A stretch of DNA of 62,880 bases from a virus, in IMG/VR virus record IMGVR_UViG_3300038468_000027, positions 1 through 62,880 of that record, one strand, 5' to 3'. The notes under the pieces were generated by a model. It saw only the letters and a list, made by a program, of their open reading frames with translations. It did not search any database and had not been told where the DNA came from. Each line of letters begins with the position of its first letter. The stretch's first letter is position 1. This document shows, piece after piece, positions 35,428 to 44,562 of the stretch. The position numbers and the translations under genes are program-made.

Positions 35428-36065
35428 TTGACTTTCTTGCGGTCACTATTTGTGTCGGCGACTTTCTCTACCAGGAGTATGCACACCTGGCTCTGAAAGC
35501 ACAGAGCAAGTATTGGGGACACTTTAGGATACCATTCGAAGTATGCACGGAGCACTTCGAGGAGATGCGCGGCACGTCTCCGTCATGGCAGCGGGTGGTC
35601 ATGCACGAGCATTACGACGCTAGGTTCATTCTCGTACACGGTCTCGACATGCTCCCCTGCAATCTCAAGTATGACATCCGAGACTTTCTCATGATAGATC
35701 AAGTCAACATGGCGACGGACTGCAGTGTGATCGGATGCGACCCGGAAGCGCATACCTTTCCGCATTTCAGGTACAACGCGGACATGATCGGGTATCCGCG
35801 GACGATGGCGCCGTTCTTCCGCAGCGTCTGGGATAAGTACCGGGACGATCCGAAGTACAAGGACACCTTCGAGCAATACTGCCTTAACAAAGAACTTCAC
35901 GAGCAGCGGGTATACGTCAACGAAATACCAAACTGTTTCAACCGGTTCTTCTATCCTGGCATCGACTACTCTCATACGGCCTTTTGCCATTACACGAATT
36001 ACATGGGCAGTCACCAGAAGACGGAATACATCGTCAATCATCACCCCAAGGAGATGATCGAATGA
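35424..36065 (+). CDS. Hypothetical protein (possibly nucleotide-sugar transferase-like)
   Basis: GGGAG upstream of GTG 35424; no firm motif. Confidence 0.45.
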   Translation: MIDFLAVTICVGDFLYQEYAHLALKAQSKYWGHFRIPFEVCTEHFEEMRGTSPSWQRVVMHEHYDARFILVHGLDMLPCNLKYDIRDFLMIDQVNMATDCSVIGCDPEAHTFPHFRYNADMIGYPRTMAPFFRSVWDKYRDDPKYKDTFEQYCLNKELHEQRVYVNEIPNCFNRFFYPGIDYSHTAFCHYTNYMGSHQKTEYIVNHHPKEMIE

Positions 36066-36964
36066 AGACCGCCCGGTTCAACTCAGTTGCCAAGTTGGCC
36101 ATGCGGCCGGAGTTCCGAGAGTATGTGCGTACCGGCATTTGCACACCGGTCAATGTCGAGATATCTCCAGTCGGCCACTGCAATTCAACCTGCTGGTATT
36201 GCCTATACAAGACGAAACGGTATTCGGGAATAATGGACATAACCATGGCGCTGGCGCTAATTGACGAGTTGCAGAGCATGGGGGTTCCGGCGCTTACCTG
36301 GTCAGGCTGCGGAGAGCCGACGCTACATCCTCAGTTCTCGACAATGGTCAAGCGTGCGGCGGCATTGAACCAGGGAATGTTTACTAATGCATTATTGTAT
36401 CCCGAATACGATCCGTCTCATTTTGACTGGATACGGGTAACAGTGGTGCCGGGCCGCGCGCTGAATCTGGACAATCTACGAAAACTTCGGGAGGCCAAGA
36501 CTCTCGGGCTGTGCTGCAATGTCGGTCCGGATGATGATGATGAGATATGCAAAACGCTCGACGCTGCAAAGAAAATCGGGGCCGATTATGTGCACGTACG
36601 CCCGGTTCTTTTGACCGAAGGGCAGTCGTGGGAAGTGCGCCGGCCAACCATCGACGATCCGCTGTTGGTGTATGACGAGGGGAAATTCTCAGATCCTTAC
36701 TGTGAGCGCAACTATCGGGAATGCCGCGGCTTTCACTTCTCGCCCTTCGTCTGGTTTGACGGAGAGGTCACGATCTGCGCGTATCTCAAGGGCAATCCGG
36801 CATACAGTCTTGGGAACCTTCGAAACACGTCGTTTAACAAAATCATGATGACCGCCATGGACTTCGCGCCGGTGATAAGAGATTGCCAGGTCAACTGCAA
36901 AAACCACGAGGCCAACGAACTCACTAACGCCGCGATGAAGATTCGGGATCCGAACTTTGTATGA
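36062..36964 (+). CDS. Radical SAM enzyme
   Basis: CNSTCWYC (CxxxCxxC) and SGCGEPTL SAM-binding motif. ATGA overlap. Confidence 0.8.
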   Translation: MKTARFNSVAKLAMRPEFREYVRTGICTPVNVEISPVGHCNSTCWYCLYKTKRYSGIMDITMALALIDELQSMGVPALTWSGCGEPTLHPQFSTMVKRAAALNQGMFTNALLYPEYDPSHFDWIRVTVVPGRALNLDNLRKLREAKTLGLCCNVGPDDDDEICKTLDAAKKIGADYVHVRPVLLTEGQSWEVRRPTIDDPLLVYDEGKFSDPYCERNYRECRGFHFSPFVWFDGEVTICAYLKGNPAYSLGNLRNTSFNKIMMTAMDFAPVIRDCQVNCKNHEANELTNAAMKIRDPNFV

Positions 36965-37695
36965 AAACCTGGACACCCAATATCCGCGTGCTTGAACTGT
37001 GCATCACCTATCGGTGCAATGTGAAGTGCGACAACTGTTCGAACCTGTGCACCCAGGCTCCGATGGATGATAGTGGAGACCTGACGTATGATGAGATCGA
37101 GTCGATGATACGCGAGTCCGCTGACTGCGGGTATCAATGGGGACAAATCTCGCTGCACGGCGGGGAACCTCTTTTGCATCCTGAGGTATTGGCGATCGGG
37201 CACCTACTCGTGGACTACCGGAGGGTGCACAGTCCCGGCTTGGCCTTGCAGGCCTTGACCAATTGGAGCACGGAGAAGATACGGGTTGTCGGCGACTCGC
37301 TGCGGTCGATGGGGATTAATCTCGGAATCAGCGAGAAGCATGTGCGCAACCAAATGGCGAACGGATCACCGATACCATACGTTCCGGTCAATGAGTCGCC
37401 GGAGGACCTTGGTCTATCACACGACGGTGGATGCTTTCAGACGGAGAACTGCGGGATCTGCCGCAACTATCTGGGATTCTGGCCGTGTTCTCCGATGGCC
37501 GCTGCCGCTCGGGTATTCGGGTATACTACTCCGATTCTGCGCGTGAATGATATCGCGGTTGATGGAATGCGCGATCTGTTGCCGATGCATTGTAAGCACT
37601 GCGGATTCTCGATGCCTGACCGACCGCGGGTCATAGACCAGATTTCGACAAAGACGTGGACGGAAGGATTCAAACAATACCAGGAGGTCGCGTGA
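36961..37695 (+). CDS. Radical SAM enzyme with Cys-rich (SPASM/twitch-like?) C-terminus
   Basis: CNVKCDNC, HGGEPLL, and C-terminal GGCFQTENCGICRNY...CS...CKHCG. Confidence 0.75.
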   Translation: MKTWTPNIRVLELCITYRCNVKCDNCSNLCTQAPMDDSGDLTYDEIESMIRESADCGYQWGQISLHGGEPLLHPEVLAIGHLLVDYRRVHSPGLALQALTNWSTEKIRVVGDSLRSMGINLGISEKHVRNQMANGSPIPYVPVNESPEDLGLSHDGGCFQTENCGICRNYLGFWPCSPMAAAARVFGYTTPILRVNDIAVDGMRDLLPMHCKHCGFSMPDRPRVIDQISTKTWTEGFKQYQEVA

Positions 37696-38867
37696 GTACG
37701 CTTGCGCTCAATATCATCGTCGGTGCTGGAGAATCGGCAGAGTTGTATCATTGCCTGTCCACCTTCCGCGCGCGTGAGACGTTTGATGAAATCGTGATAT
37801 GCCAGACCGCAACGGACGATGCGGTGAAAGCCGTGTGTGATGACTTCGGCGCAAAGGTCGTGACGTTCGAGTGGAAAACGCCGGAGCATCCTTTCGGAGA
37901 CTTCGCGGGCGCGCGCAACACAGCACTCCACGCTACCACCAGCGATTACGTGATGTGGCTTGACGCTGACGACATGTGCCTTGAGCAGTATCAGGAAAAG
38001 TTGATCACCGTTCGTGACATAGTGAGGGACGACAAAAACAGCGAGGTCGATGCGTACTTCATGCGGTACGACATTATCTCCGAGATCGACGGCACTCCGA
38101 CAACCGTTTTCTGGAGAGATCGGATATTCAAGCGCGGTCCGCGCTTCCGATGGGAACGGGCGGTGCATGAGTTCTCGTGCCGGGACTGGACCAACATCGT
38201 GCATGGCAAGATCAACAACATGGCGGTCACGCACGAGCCGCAGAAGCCCAATTACGTCTCTGCAATGCGGAATGTCGCCATCCTTGAACATGAGTACAAA
38301 GTCAAGAAGGATATGTCGCACGAGACGCGATACTTCCTTGGGCGTGATTTGCTGTGCTGCGGTCGAGAGGCGGAGGGGCTTGCGTTGTTCGAGGAATTGC
38401 TCTGCGATCAAGAGGCGTCACCGGAGAACATGTATCTGATGTGCATCACCGCTGCGTTTTATATGGCCTATGGCGCTCACATCACGCGGCCTGGCATTGG
38501 GGACGTAGTCGAGACCGCGCTGACAGATGCGGAACGGTGGGCGAGGTTGTCTCTTGGCATGGACAATCGATATGCCGAGCCCTATGTGATTCTGGGTGAC
38601 GTATACATGAAGCGTGGTCTTGTGGATGCGGCGGAACGCATGTACTCCATTGCGCTGAAAAAGAAACTCAACGCCGGGACGTTGCAGAACGTGCCGTTTT
38701 ATGAGGAGGTTCCAGCGGAGAGGTTAAGTGATATTTACATCATGCGAAACCAACTCGAAAAGGCACTATGGTACAACTCGCGAAGCATGGCGCACAATCC
38801 TGGATGCGAATACTGCAAATCCATGCGAAAAAAAATGCTCGAAGTGCTTGTGTCCAAGTGTGACTGA
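37692..38867 (+). CDS. GT2 glycosyltransferase with C-terminal TPR-like domain (SunS-like architecture)
   Basis: FDEIVICQTATDDAV ... FAGARNTAL..TSDYVMWLDADD ... RWERAVHE ... then helical repeats. Collinear with my recollection of SunS-type peptide glycosyltransferases. Confidence 0.65.
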   Translation: MSTLALNIIVGAGESAELYHCLSTFRARETFDEIVICQTATDDAVKAVCDDFGAKVVTFEWKTPEHPFGDFAGARNTALHATTSDYVMWLDADDMCLEQYQEKLITVRDIVRDDKNSEVDAYFMRYDIISEIDGTPTTVFWRDRIFKRGPRFRWERAVHEFSCRDWTNIVHGKINNMAVTHEPQKPNYVSAMRNVAILEHEYKVKKDMSHETRYFLGRDLLCCGREAEGLALFEELLCDQEASPENMYLMCITAAFYMAYGAHITRPGIGDVVETALTDAERWARLSLGMDNRYAEPYVILGDVYMKRGLVDAAERMYSIALKKKLNAGTLQNVPFYEEVPAERLSDIYIMRNQLEKALWYNSRSMAHNPGCEYCKSMRKKMLEVLVSKCD

Positions 38868-38884
38868 CACCAGGGAGTAACAAC

Positions 38885-39064
38885 ATGGAATCCATCTGCG
38901 AGGAATGTCTCCAACACAGCGGAATCGAGGGGCGCATGAAACGGGCCGAAGCTGACGTGCAGGCGATATGGCGGTCAATCGACTCCATGAAGGCGTGGGT
39001 GATCGCCGGCATGGGGTCGATGGTGGGAACCTTTCTGGTGTTGGCACTCAACAAGATTTTCTGA
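38885..39064 (+). CDS. 59-aa protein with C-terminal TM (holin/antiholin candidate; not in the ORF track)
   Basis: GGGAG upstream of ATG 38885; WVIAGMGSMVGTFLVLAL. Confidence 0.45.
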   Translation: MESICEECLQHSGIEGRMKRAEADVQAIWRSIDSMKAWVIAGMGSMVGTFLVLALNKIF

Positions 39065-39074
39065 GGAGGCAAGT

Positions 39075-39260
39075 ATGGCAAATAGCATGAGGAAAAACGC
39101 GGTGAAGGGCACAGTCGCCGGGATTGCGGCAACCATCGCAACGTGCGCCGTGGCTTTCATTTCGAAGCTCGACTCCGCTCAGAAGGCCGCGTTGGTGCCG
39201 GTGATCGCGGCTGGAATCGTGGCGCTGTACGACGCCATCAAGCATAGGGGCAAGAAGTGA
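39075..39260 (+). CDS. Holin candidate (2 TM, basic C-terminus)
   Basis: GAGGAGG upstream; VAGIAATIATCAVAFI and LVPVIAAGIVALY; ends HRGKK. Confidence 0.55.
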   Translation: MANSMRKNAVKGTVAGIAATIATCAVAFISKLDSAQKAALVPVIAAGIVALYDAIKHRGKK

Positions 39261-39691
39261 CACCGCGAGAACTCTTTGTCACCTTCATGCGAAACAGTGC
39301 CGGGCTGCCGTACATCTTCGGCGGGAACGGTCCGGAGACGTACGACTGTTCCGGTGTGGTCTGCGCGGCTCTGCGGGCGGCCGGGGTACACATCGGGGAC
39401 CACAGCGCTCAGGACATCTACGCCCTCTGGAAGGACCGCACCGTGCCGGAGTATTCGCGCGAGGGGCAACTGTTTTTTTACCGGGACGCACCCGCCGGTC
39501 CCGTGACTCACGTCATGGCCGGCATCCGGTATTGGGGCAAGGGCCGGGGGTGGCTGGTGGGCGCGCGCGGGGGCGGGCACACGACGTTGACCGTAGACCT
39601 GGCCTGGGCGGCCAAGGCGTGCGTGGATCTGGTGCGGAGCGATTACTGGCAGGACGCCCGGGTGGCGATCTGCGATCCGTGGGACGATTAA
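39257..39691 (+). CDS. NlpC/P60-family cell-wall hydrolase (endolysin)
   Basis: PYIFGGNGPETYDCSGVV catalytic Cys context, with a downstream His. Confidence 0.8.
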   Translation: MTPRELFVTFMRNSAGLPYIFGGNGPETYDCSGVVCAALRAAGVHIGDHSAQDIYALWKDRTVPEYSREGQLFFYRDAPAGPVTHVMAGIRYWGKGRGWLVGARGGGHTTLTVDLAWAAKACVDLVRSDYWQDARVAICDPWDD

Positions 39692-39715
39692 CCGGCCCGC
39701 GCCGGTGGAGGTGAT

Positions 39716-40003
39716 ATGAAAGTCCAGTTCGTCACGAAACCCGATGCTGCCGGATTCGTTCGCGCCCATGTGGAGCTATCGAAGGACGAGGCGATTCCGC
39801 TGAAATATAAAGAGAAGGACTACACCGAGGAGCGTGCTTTGAAGGACGCAGAGGCATACGTCGTGGCAAGAGCAAAAGCGCAGGCTGACGAGGCGGCAAA
39901 GGTCGCGCTGGAATCGTCGTTGTCCTACAAGTTGGACAAGTTGACTGAGGAGTTCGGGGCTGCTGCTGTCAAGGCTGCGGTCGGCGTGAAGGAGATTGCG
40001 TAA
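39716..40003 (+). CDS. Hypothetical helical protein
   Basis: GGAGG upstream; Ala/Lys/Glu-rich. Confidence 0.55.
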   Translation: MKVQFVTKPDAAGFVRAHVELSKDEAIPLKYKEKDYTEERALKDAEAYVVARAKAQADEAAKVALESSLSYKLDKLTEEFGAAAVKAAVGVKEIA

Positions 40004-43000
40004 TGCCTTCCATTCTGCGCGTAGACTATCTCAACGGCTTGGACACGGTTGGTCGCACTGGAGGTGATTGGGGGGCGAACCTACTCAAGACGATTGACCG
40101 TGCTTCGACGCTGGCCGCCGCTGGTGATAGTGGGTACCTCGCCGTAACCCCCGAGGCGGACAGCGGGATCAATGCGACGTGGCCGACGCCTTCAGCAGCT
40201 TCACCCTCAGCGGCACGAAATGTGGCTGTTGATACATTCACGGGCAAGGTTGCGCTGATTACGGACTGCATCTCTACAAGTGGGTGGGTTGCCGATGCTG
40301 GTGGGGACGTGGTAGGCGCATTGACATACAACACGGCCAATACCAAATACGGTACTGGTGGAAAGCTTCGAATGACGTTCGATGCGGCCCCGCAAACCAA
40401 CAAGCTCCAAGCATATTGCCCCGTCGGTGGGGCTGGCGGACTTGATCTATCCGCATTTCAAGACCTTGAATGCTGGATTTCCTGCACTACAGGAACTATG
40501 CCAGCAACATCACTCGTGATAAAACTCTGCTCGGATGCCGCAGGCGCGACCCCGGTAGATACTCTCACCTTTTCAGAAGCAAGCGCAGGAACGAATCTAT
40601 TTCCGTTGTGTATTCGTAAAGGTTCAGCATTCGGCAATGCGATTAAGTCGATTGCGATCTATACAGGTGCGGTCGCTCCTGCTGGAGCAAGTGTCTGGAA
40701 CTTCGATTGCTTCTACGCGACCAACTGTCACACTGCTGGCAACCCCGGTCTATGCAAAATGCATAAGAAGCCCTTCCCTACACAGTGGGCCGCGACGACC
40801 ACTTACATTGTAAATGATATTCGCATGCCCACGTTTGCGAATGGATGCAACAAGCTATTCAAGGTGCAATCCATCACCACTGGTGTTTCTGGCGGCACGG
40901 AACCTTCTTGGTACAATGCGCGGCACCTCAATGACACGATTGTAGATGGCGGTGTGACTTGGGTTAATATTGGTTGGAATGAGGCATATATTCTCTGGAC
41001 CGTCAAAAGCTACAATGTTGCTGGCCTCACATTCGAGATTGATAACTCGGCTACAAATCTGGGCAATACCGGTCGAGGATATTGGGGAACCGCCGAGACG
41101 ACAGATCTTTACACCATTGAACCCTTGCGGCCTACCATGGCCGCTGCGTCTACGACGTTGGTGCAGAACACCGTCACTGCCGGAACGGATGGAGTCCCGG
41201 TATCGTGGCAGGGTGGAGTCAACACCTCGGATGTGGTAGTCGGAATTACCGTATTTGACGGAAGGAACTGCCTTGGATACGGAATCAGCGACCAGAAAGC
41301 GTTTCAGAACTGGAGAAACGTTTTCATGGTGCGATACACGTACGGCCTGTATATGTCCGTCAGCACTGGCAAACAGATAGTCGGTTGTGGTGGTTCATCG
41401 TGCAATGGATCACCAATTTATTCGGCCCCTGGGTTAACCAACGGGACATTTGGCTGGATCACGGTAGAGAACTGTGGCACAACAGACAGTAATTTTAATT
41501 GTGTTGTTGGGCTTTCCAGTTATGTCTATGGTATACTGTCCACGGGGGCATTGTACCGAGCATTTGGTCCAACGGGAACTAACTCAATAACGCGGGCGCT
41601 CATTGATGAAGTGGGGCTCTATAATTCAGTCCAGGGCCTTGTCAATACGGGTGAAGTATTGGTAAGCAATCTTGACACGGCGTATAATACCACGAGTGGC
41701 GCAGTGACCCCCGGGCAAGCTCTTCGTCTTGTAAATGCCACGATAGCTGAGGCAACTGAATTTGTGGGTATGGTACAAGGATATATTGCCTATTCATTCA
41801 ACCATGATGGATCGGCAGGGAACCACAAGATCTTTGCGCTTGGAGGTAACGCCAATTATACGAGCGCGACTCACCTTTGGACGTTGTATATAACATCGGC
41901 TGCCAAGACGACGACCTTGCCCATCCAGGTTCGCATCGGCCAAGTCTACTGCGACGTGGCGTCAGTCGCCTACACGGTCACGCTCCAGGTCACTCCGTCA
42001 GACGCTGCGATTTTTGGACGACTCCGCATCCTCGCCCAATCCCTTCCTGGAATCACGGCGGACCAGACGGCTACTTCCAGCGGAACAGGATTACAGACTC
42101 TCACCTTGACGTTCACCCCCACGGCAACTGGGGACATCGACGTGTTCCTCGAAATCTATGTGTCCAGCGGAACCACGTACAATCTGACTTGGGATGAGGA
42201 CTCGCTGTCCTGCGTGCGTGGGGCGCTCTCTACGCGAGTGTGGTCGGGGGTGTTTCTAAATGCGCTGCCGTCCACGCTGGCAATGCCGGATGCGGATGTG
42301 TTCCCGGCGAACGACAAGGTACTCAACACCGAACTGGCATGGGGCCACGATGGCACAGGGTACGGCCCCGGTACGGCGGTGGCGGAGGCGCACGCGGCAA
42401 AGATCCGGTCTATCTCCCCGGCCACGGATGTCATCACCGGGGGGCGTACTGTCGTCCTCCGAGTGTCCGGTGCTGGCGCGACTCAATCCAGCGGAACACT
42501 GACTTTTGGCGGTACGGCCGCGACTATCGTCTCGTGGTCCGATACGCTTATCACCTGTCTCGCTCCTGCGCACGCGGCTGGAACCGTTGATGTGGTGCTC
42601 ACCAATAGCAGCGCAGACACCGACACCTATACCGGTGGGTTCACCTATTACGACCCGGCCACGGCAGACAGTGTTCGCACGAAACTTCGAGAGGCGGTCA
42701 AGTGGAACCTCGAACAGATCACTGAATCCAACGGCTACCGCAAGACCATCCGGGCCGTATACGACCCGCCGAAGAATATGGATCAGTTCGCGGAGTATCC
42801 GGCGGTGAATCTCAATTGGGGCGCGGAGACGCGTGGAAACGAGACCATTGCCGGCAACAACCCGCTTCTTGACCTGCGACTCCAAGTCCGCATCGATGTC
42901 TTCATGTCGGAGGTCAACGACATCCAATCAGAAGTAGACAAGGTGATTGCCGACGTTCAACAGCGATTTGGGACCTACTACTACATCCCGGAGAGCACAG

Positions 43001-43140
43001 GTGGTCAGTCGGCGTTCAACTGTTTGTATCTCGGAAGCGAGCCCTTTGGGACTGACAGCACAGTCCCTAACTGCGGCGTATCGATAGATCTTGAAGTGTG
43101 GTATCGTATCAATCTTGACGACCCGGCAACCATGCAATAA
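40003..43140 (+). CDS. 1045-aa structural protein: large N-terminal region, IPT/TIG Ig-like domain, tail-terminator-like C-terminal domain
   Basis: IPT/TIG-like segment ISPATDVITGGRTVVLRVSGAG...LTFGGTAATIVSWSDTLITCLAPAH..GTVDVVL (~42370..42630). The last ~165 aa have a gpU/DUF3168-like pattern and lie directly before the tube gene. Confidence 0.55.
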   Translation: MPSILRVDYLNGLDTVGRTGGDWGANLLKTIDRASTLAAAGDSGYLAVTPEADSGINATWPTPSAASPSAARNVAVDTFTGKVALITDCISTSGWVADAGGDVVGALTYNTANTKYGTGGKLRMTFDAAPQTNKLQAYCPVGGAGGLDLSAFQDLECWISCTTGTMPATSLVIKLCSDAAGATPVDTLTFSEASAGTNLFPLCIRKGSAFGNAIKSIAIYTGAVAPAGASVWNFDCFYATNCHTAGNPGLCKMHKKPFPTQWAATTTYIVNDIRMPTFANGCNKLFKVQSITTGVSGGTEPSWYNARHLNDTIVDGGVTWVNIGWNEAYILWTVKSYNVAGLTFEIDNSATNLGNTGRGYWGTAETTDLYTIEPLRPTMAAASTTLVQNTVTAGTDGVPVSWQGGVNTSDVVVGITVFDGRNCLGYGISDQKAFQNWRNVFMVRYTYGLYMSVSTGKQIVGCGGSSCNGSPIYSAPGLTNGTFGWITVENCGTTDSNFNCVVGLSSYVYGILSTGALYRAFGPTGTNSITRALIDEVGLYNSVQGLVNTGEVLVSNLDTAYNTTSGAVTPGQALRLVNATIAEATEFVGMVQGYIAYSFNHDGSAGNHKIFALGGNANYTSATHLWTLYITSAAKTTTLPIQVRIGQVYCDVASVAYTVTLQVTPSDAAIFGRLRILAQSLPGITADQTATSSGTGLQTLTLTFTPTATGDIDVFLEIYVSSGTTYNLTWDEDSLSCVRGALSTRVWSGVFLNALPSTLAMPDADVFPANDKVLNTELAWGHDGTGYGPGTAVAEAHAAKIRSISPATDVITGGRTVVLRVSGAGATQSSGTLTFGGTAATIVSWSDTLITCLAPAHAAGTVDVVLTNSSADTDTYTGGFTYYDPATADSVRTKLREAVKWNLEQITESNGYRKTIRAVYDPPKNMDQFAEYPAVNLNWGAETRGNETIAGNNPLLDLRLQVRIDVFMSEVNDIQSEVDKVIADVQQRFGTYYYIPESTGGQSAFNCLYLGSEPFGTDSTVPNCGVSIDLEVWYRINLDDPATMQ

Positions 43141-43153
43141 CAAAGGAGAAAGT

Positions 43154-44125
43154 ATGCCTCTCAGACTCATTGAACAGAAGCGGACGCTCGGCCTCAAGAT
43201 TGAGACCACGCCGTACACTGCGGAAACCCTCACCGTAAGCGACTATGACATTCAGGCGCGCGACATTTCCTACTCCCCCGAAGTCGAGATGTACCTGCGC
43301 AAGCTGGCGCGCGGGGACTACTCGCGCGATCCCTCTGTCCCCGGACGGCGCAAGTGTACCGTGTCCTTCAAGGTTGACATGCACCGCGGATCGGCAGCCG
43401 GAACCCCTCCGCAGTATTTCGACGCCCTACGCTGCTGCGCGCTCAAGCAGGTGGTCCACGGATCAACCGGAGTGTCTTTGATCACCGACGCCAATTACGA
43501 TCGCGTGCCGTGCACTATCGAGGTTGTAGAGCGGCAGGAAGGCGCAGCCCCGAACCAGCTTGTCACGAAGCTGCACGGATGCATGGGCAATGCCAAGCTG
43601 GTGTGCTCACAAACCGGACAGCCGATCGCTATCGAGTTCGAGTTCACCGGGGTCCTCAACACGCCCACGACCCGCGCATACGCTTCGATGATCACGCCGA
43701 CAGCGTTTGACACGGCAGTCCCGTCCGCCGTTCTGGCCGCAACCATTTGGCTCTACGGCACGGACCAGTATCTCGGGCAATTCAGCATCGATCTGGGGAA
43801 CGTGGTCGAGTTGTTCACGGACCCGTCGAAGACCCAGGGATACGAAGGCGCCCGAGTGGTTGACCGTCAGCCGATTCTCGAACTCGACCCGGACCTTCTC
43901 GTCACCTCCGACGTTGACCACTTAACGAATATGATCAACGCCACGACCGGCGCCCTGAGCGTGACCATCGGGCAGAATCTGTACATCAGCGCCCCGGCCT
44001 GCCAGATCGTTGACACCAACAAGCCCGGTTCGCGCGAGGGCCACGTGACGAATCAGCTTCGTCTCGAACTCAAGCGCAGCGCCGGAAACGATGAACTCAC
44101 CATCCGCCAAGGGAGCGTGTCGTAA
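43154..44125 (+). CDS. Major tail tube protein
   Basis: AAAGGAG upstream. Placed before the chaperone pair, with size and beta-rich composition consistent. Confidence 0.6.
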   Translation: MPLRLIEQKRTLGLKIETTPYTAETLTVSDYDIQARDISYSPEVEMYLRKLARGDYSRDPSVPGRRKCTVSFKVDMHRGSAAGTPPQYFDALRCCALKQVVHGSTGVSLITDANYDRVPCTIEVVERQEGAAPNQLVTKLHGCMGNAKLVCSQTGQPIAIEFEFTGVLNTPTTRAYASMITPTAFDTAVPSAVLAATIWLYGTDQYLGQFSIDLGNVVELFTDPSKTQGYEGARVVDRQPILELDPDLLVTSDVDHLTNMINATTGALSVTIGQNLYISAPACQIVDTNKPGSREGHVTNQLRLELKRSAGNDELTIRQGSVS

Positions 44126-44562
44126 TGAAGATCAAAGACATCGACCTCACCCCTGAGCAGGAGGCCGCACTCCGCGACTACCTGCCGATCAAGACATCCC
44201 CGGACTTCCGGTACGTCCCGAAGGCTTTCCGTGCGTCGGGACTGCCGAAAACCGCATGGCCTGTCTTCGAACTGAAGCGGCTGTCTGGCACCGAGATCGC
44301 GGCCAGCGAGGATCTGATGAACGGCAACGTCTTAGTGTCTGCCGGCGCCGGGAAGGTCGAGGTCAAGCGCGGGGAGTACGCGGTCCTGATGTGCCGCAGA
44401 GGCATTAAGGGCTGGCGGAATCTGTACGACAAGGAAGGCGCGGAGGTGGCGTACAATCAGGAGGCGGTCAATCGGCTGTCTCCGGCGTTGCTGTTCGAAC
44501 TCTGCAACGCCATCACCGAGCAGACTGACTTGACCGAGGCGGAGTTGTTGGGTTTAGGATAG
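44125..44562 (+). CDS. Tail assembly chaperone (gpG-like)
   Basis: Positioned between tube and tape measure; slippery site 2 codons before the stop. Confidence 0.7.
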   Translation: MKIKDIDLTPEQEAALRDYLPIKTSPDFRYVPKAFRASGLPKTAWPVFELKRLSGTEIAASEDLMNGNVLVSAGAGKVEVKRGEYAVLMCRRGIKGWRNLYDKEGAEVAYNQEAVNRLSPALLFELCNAITEQTDLTEAELLGLG

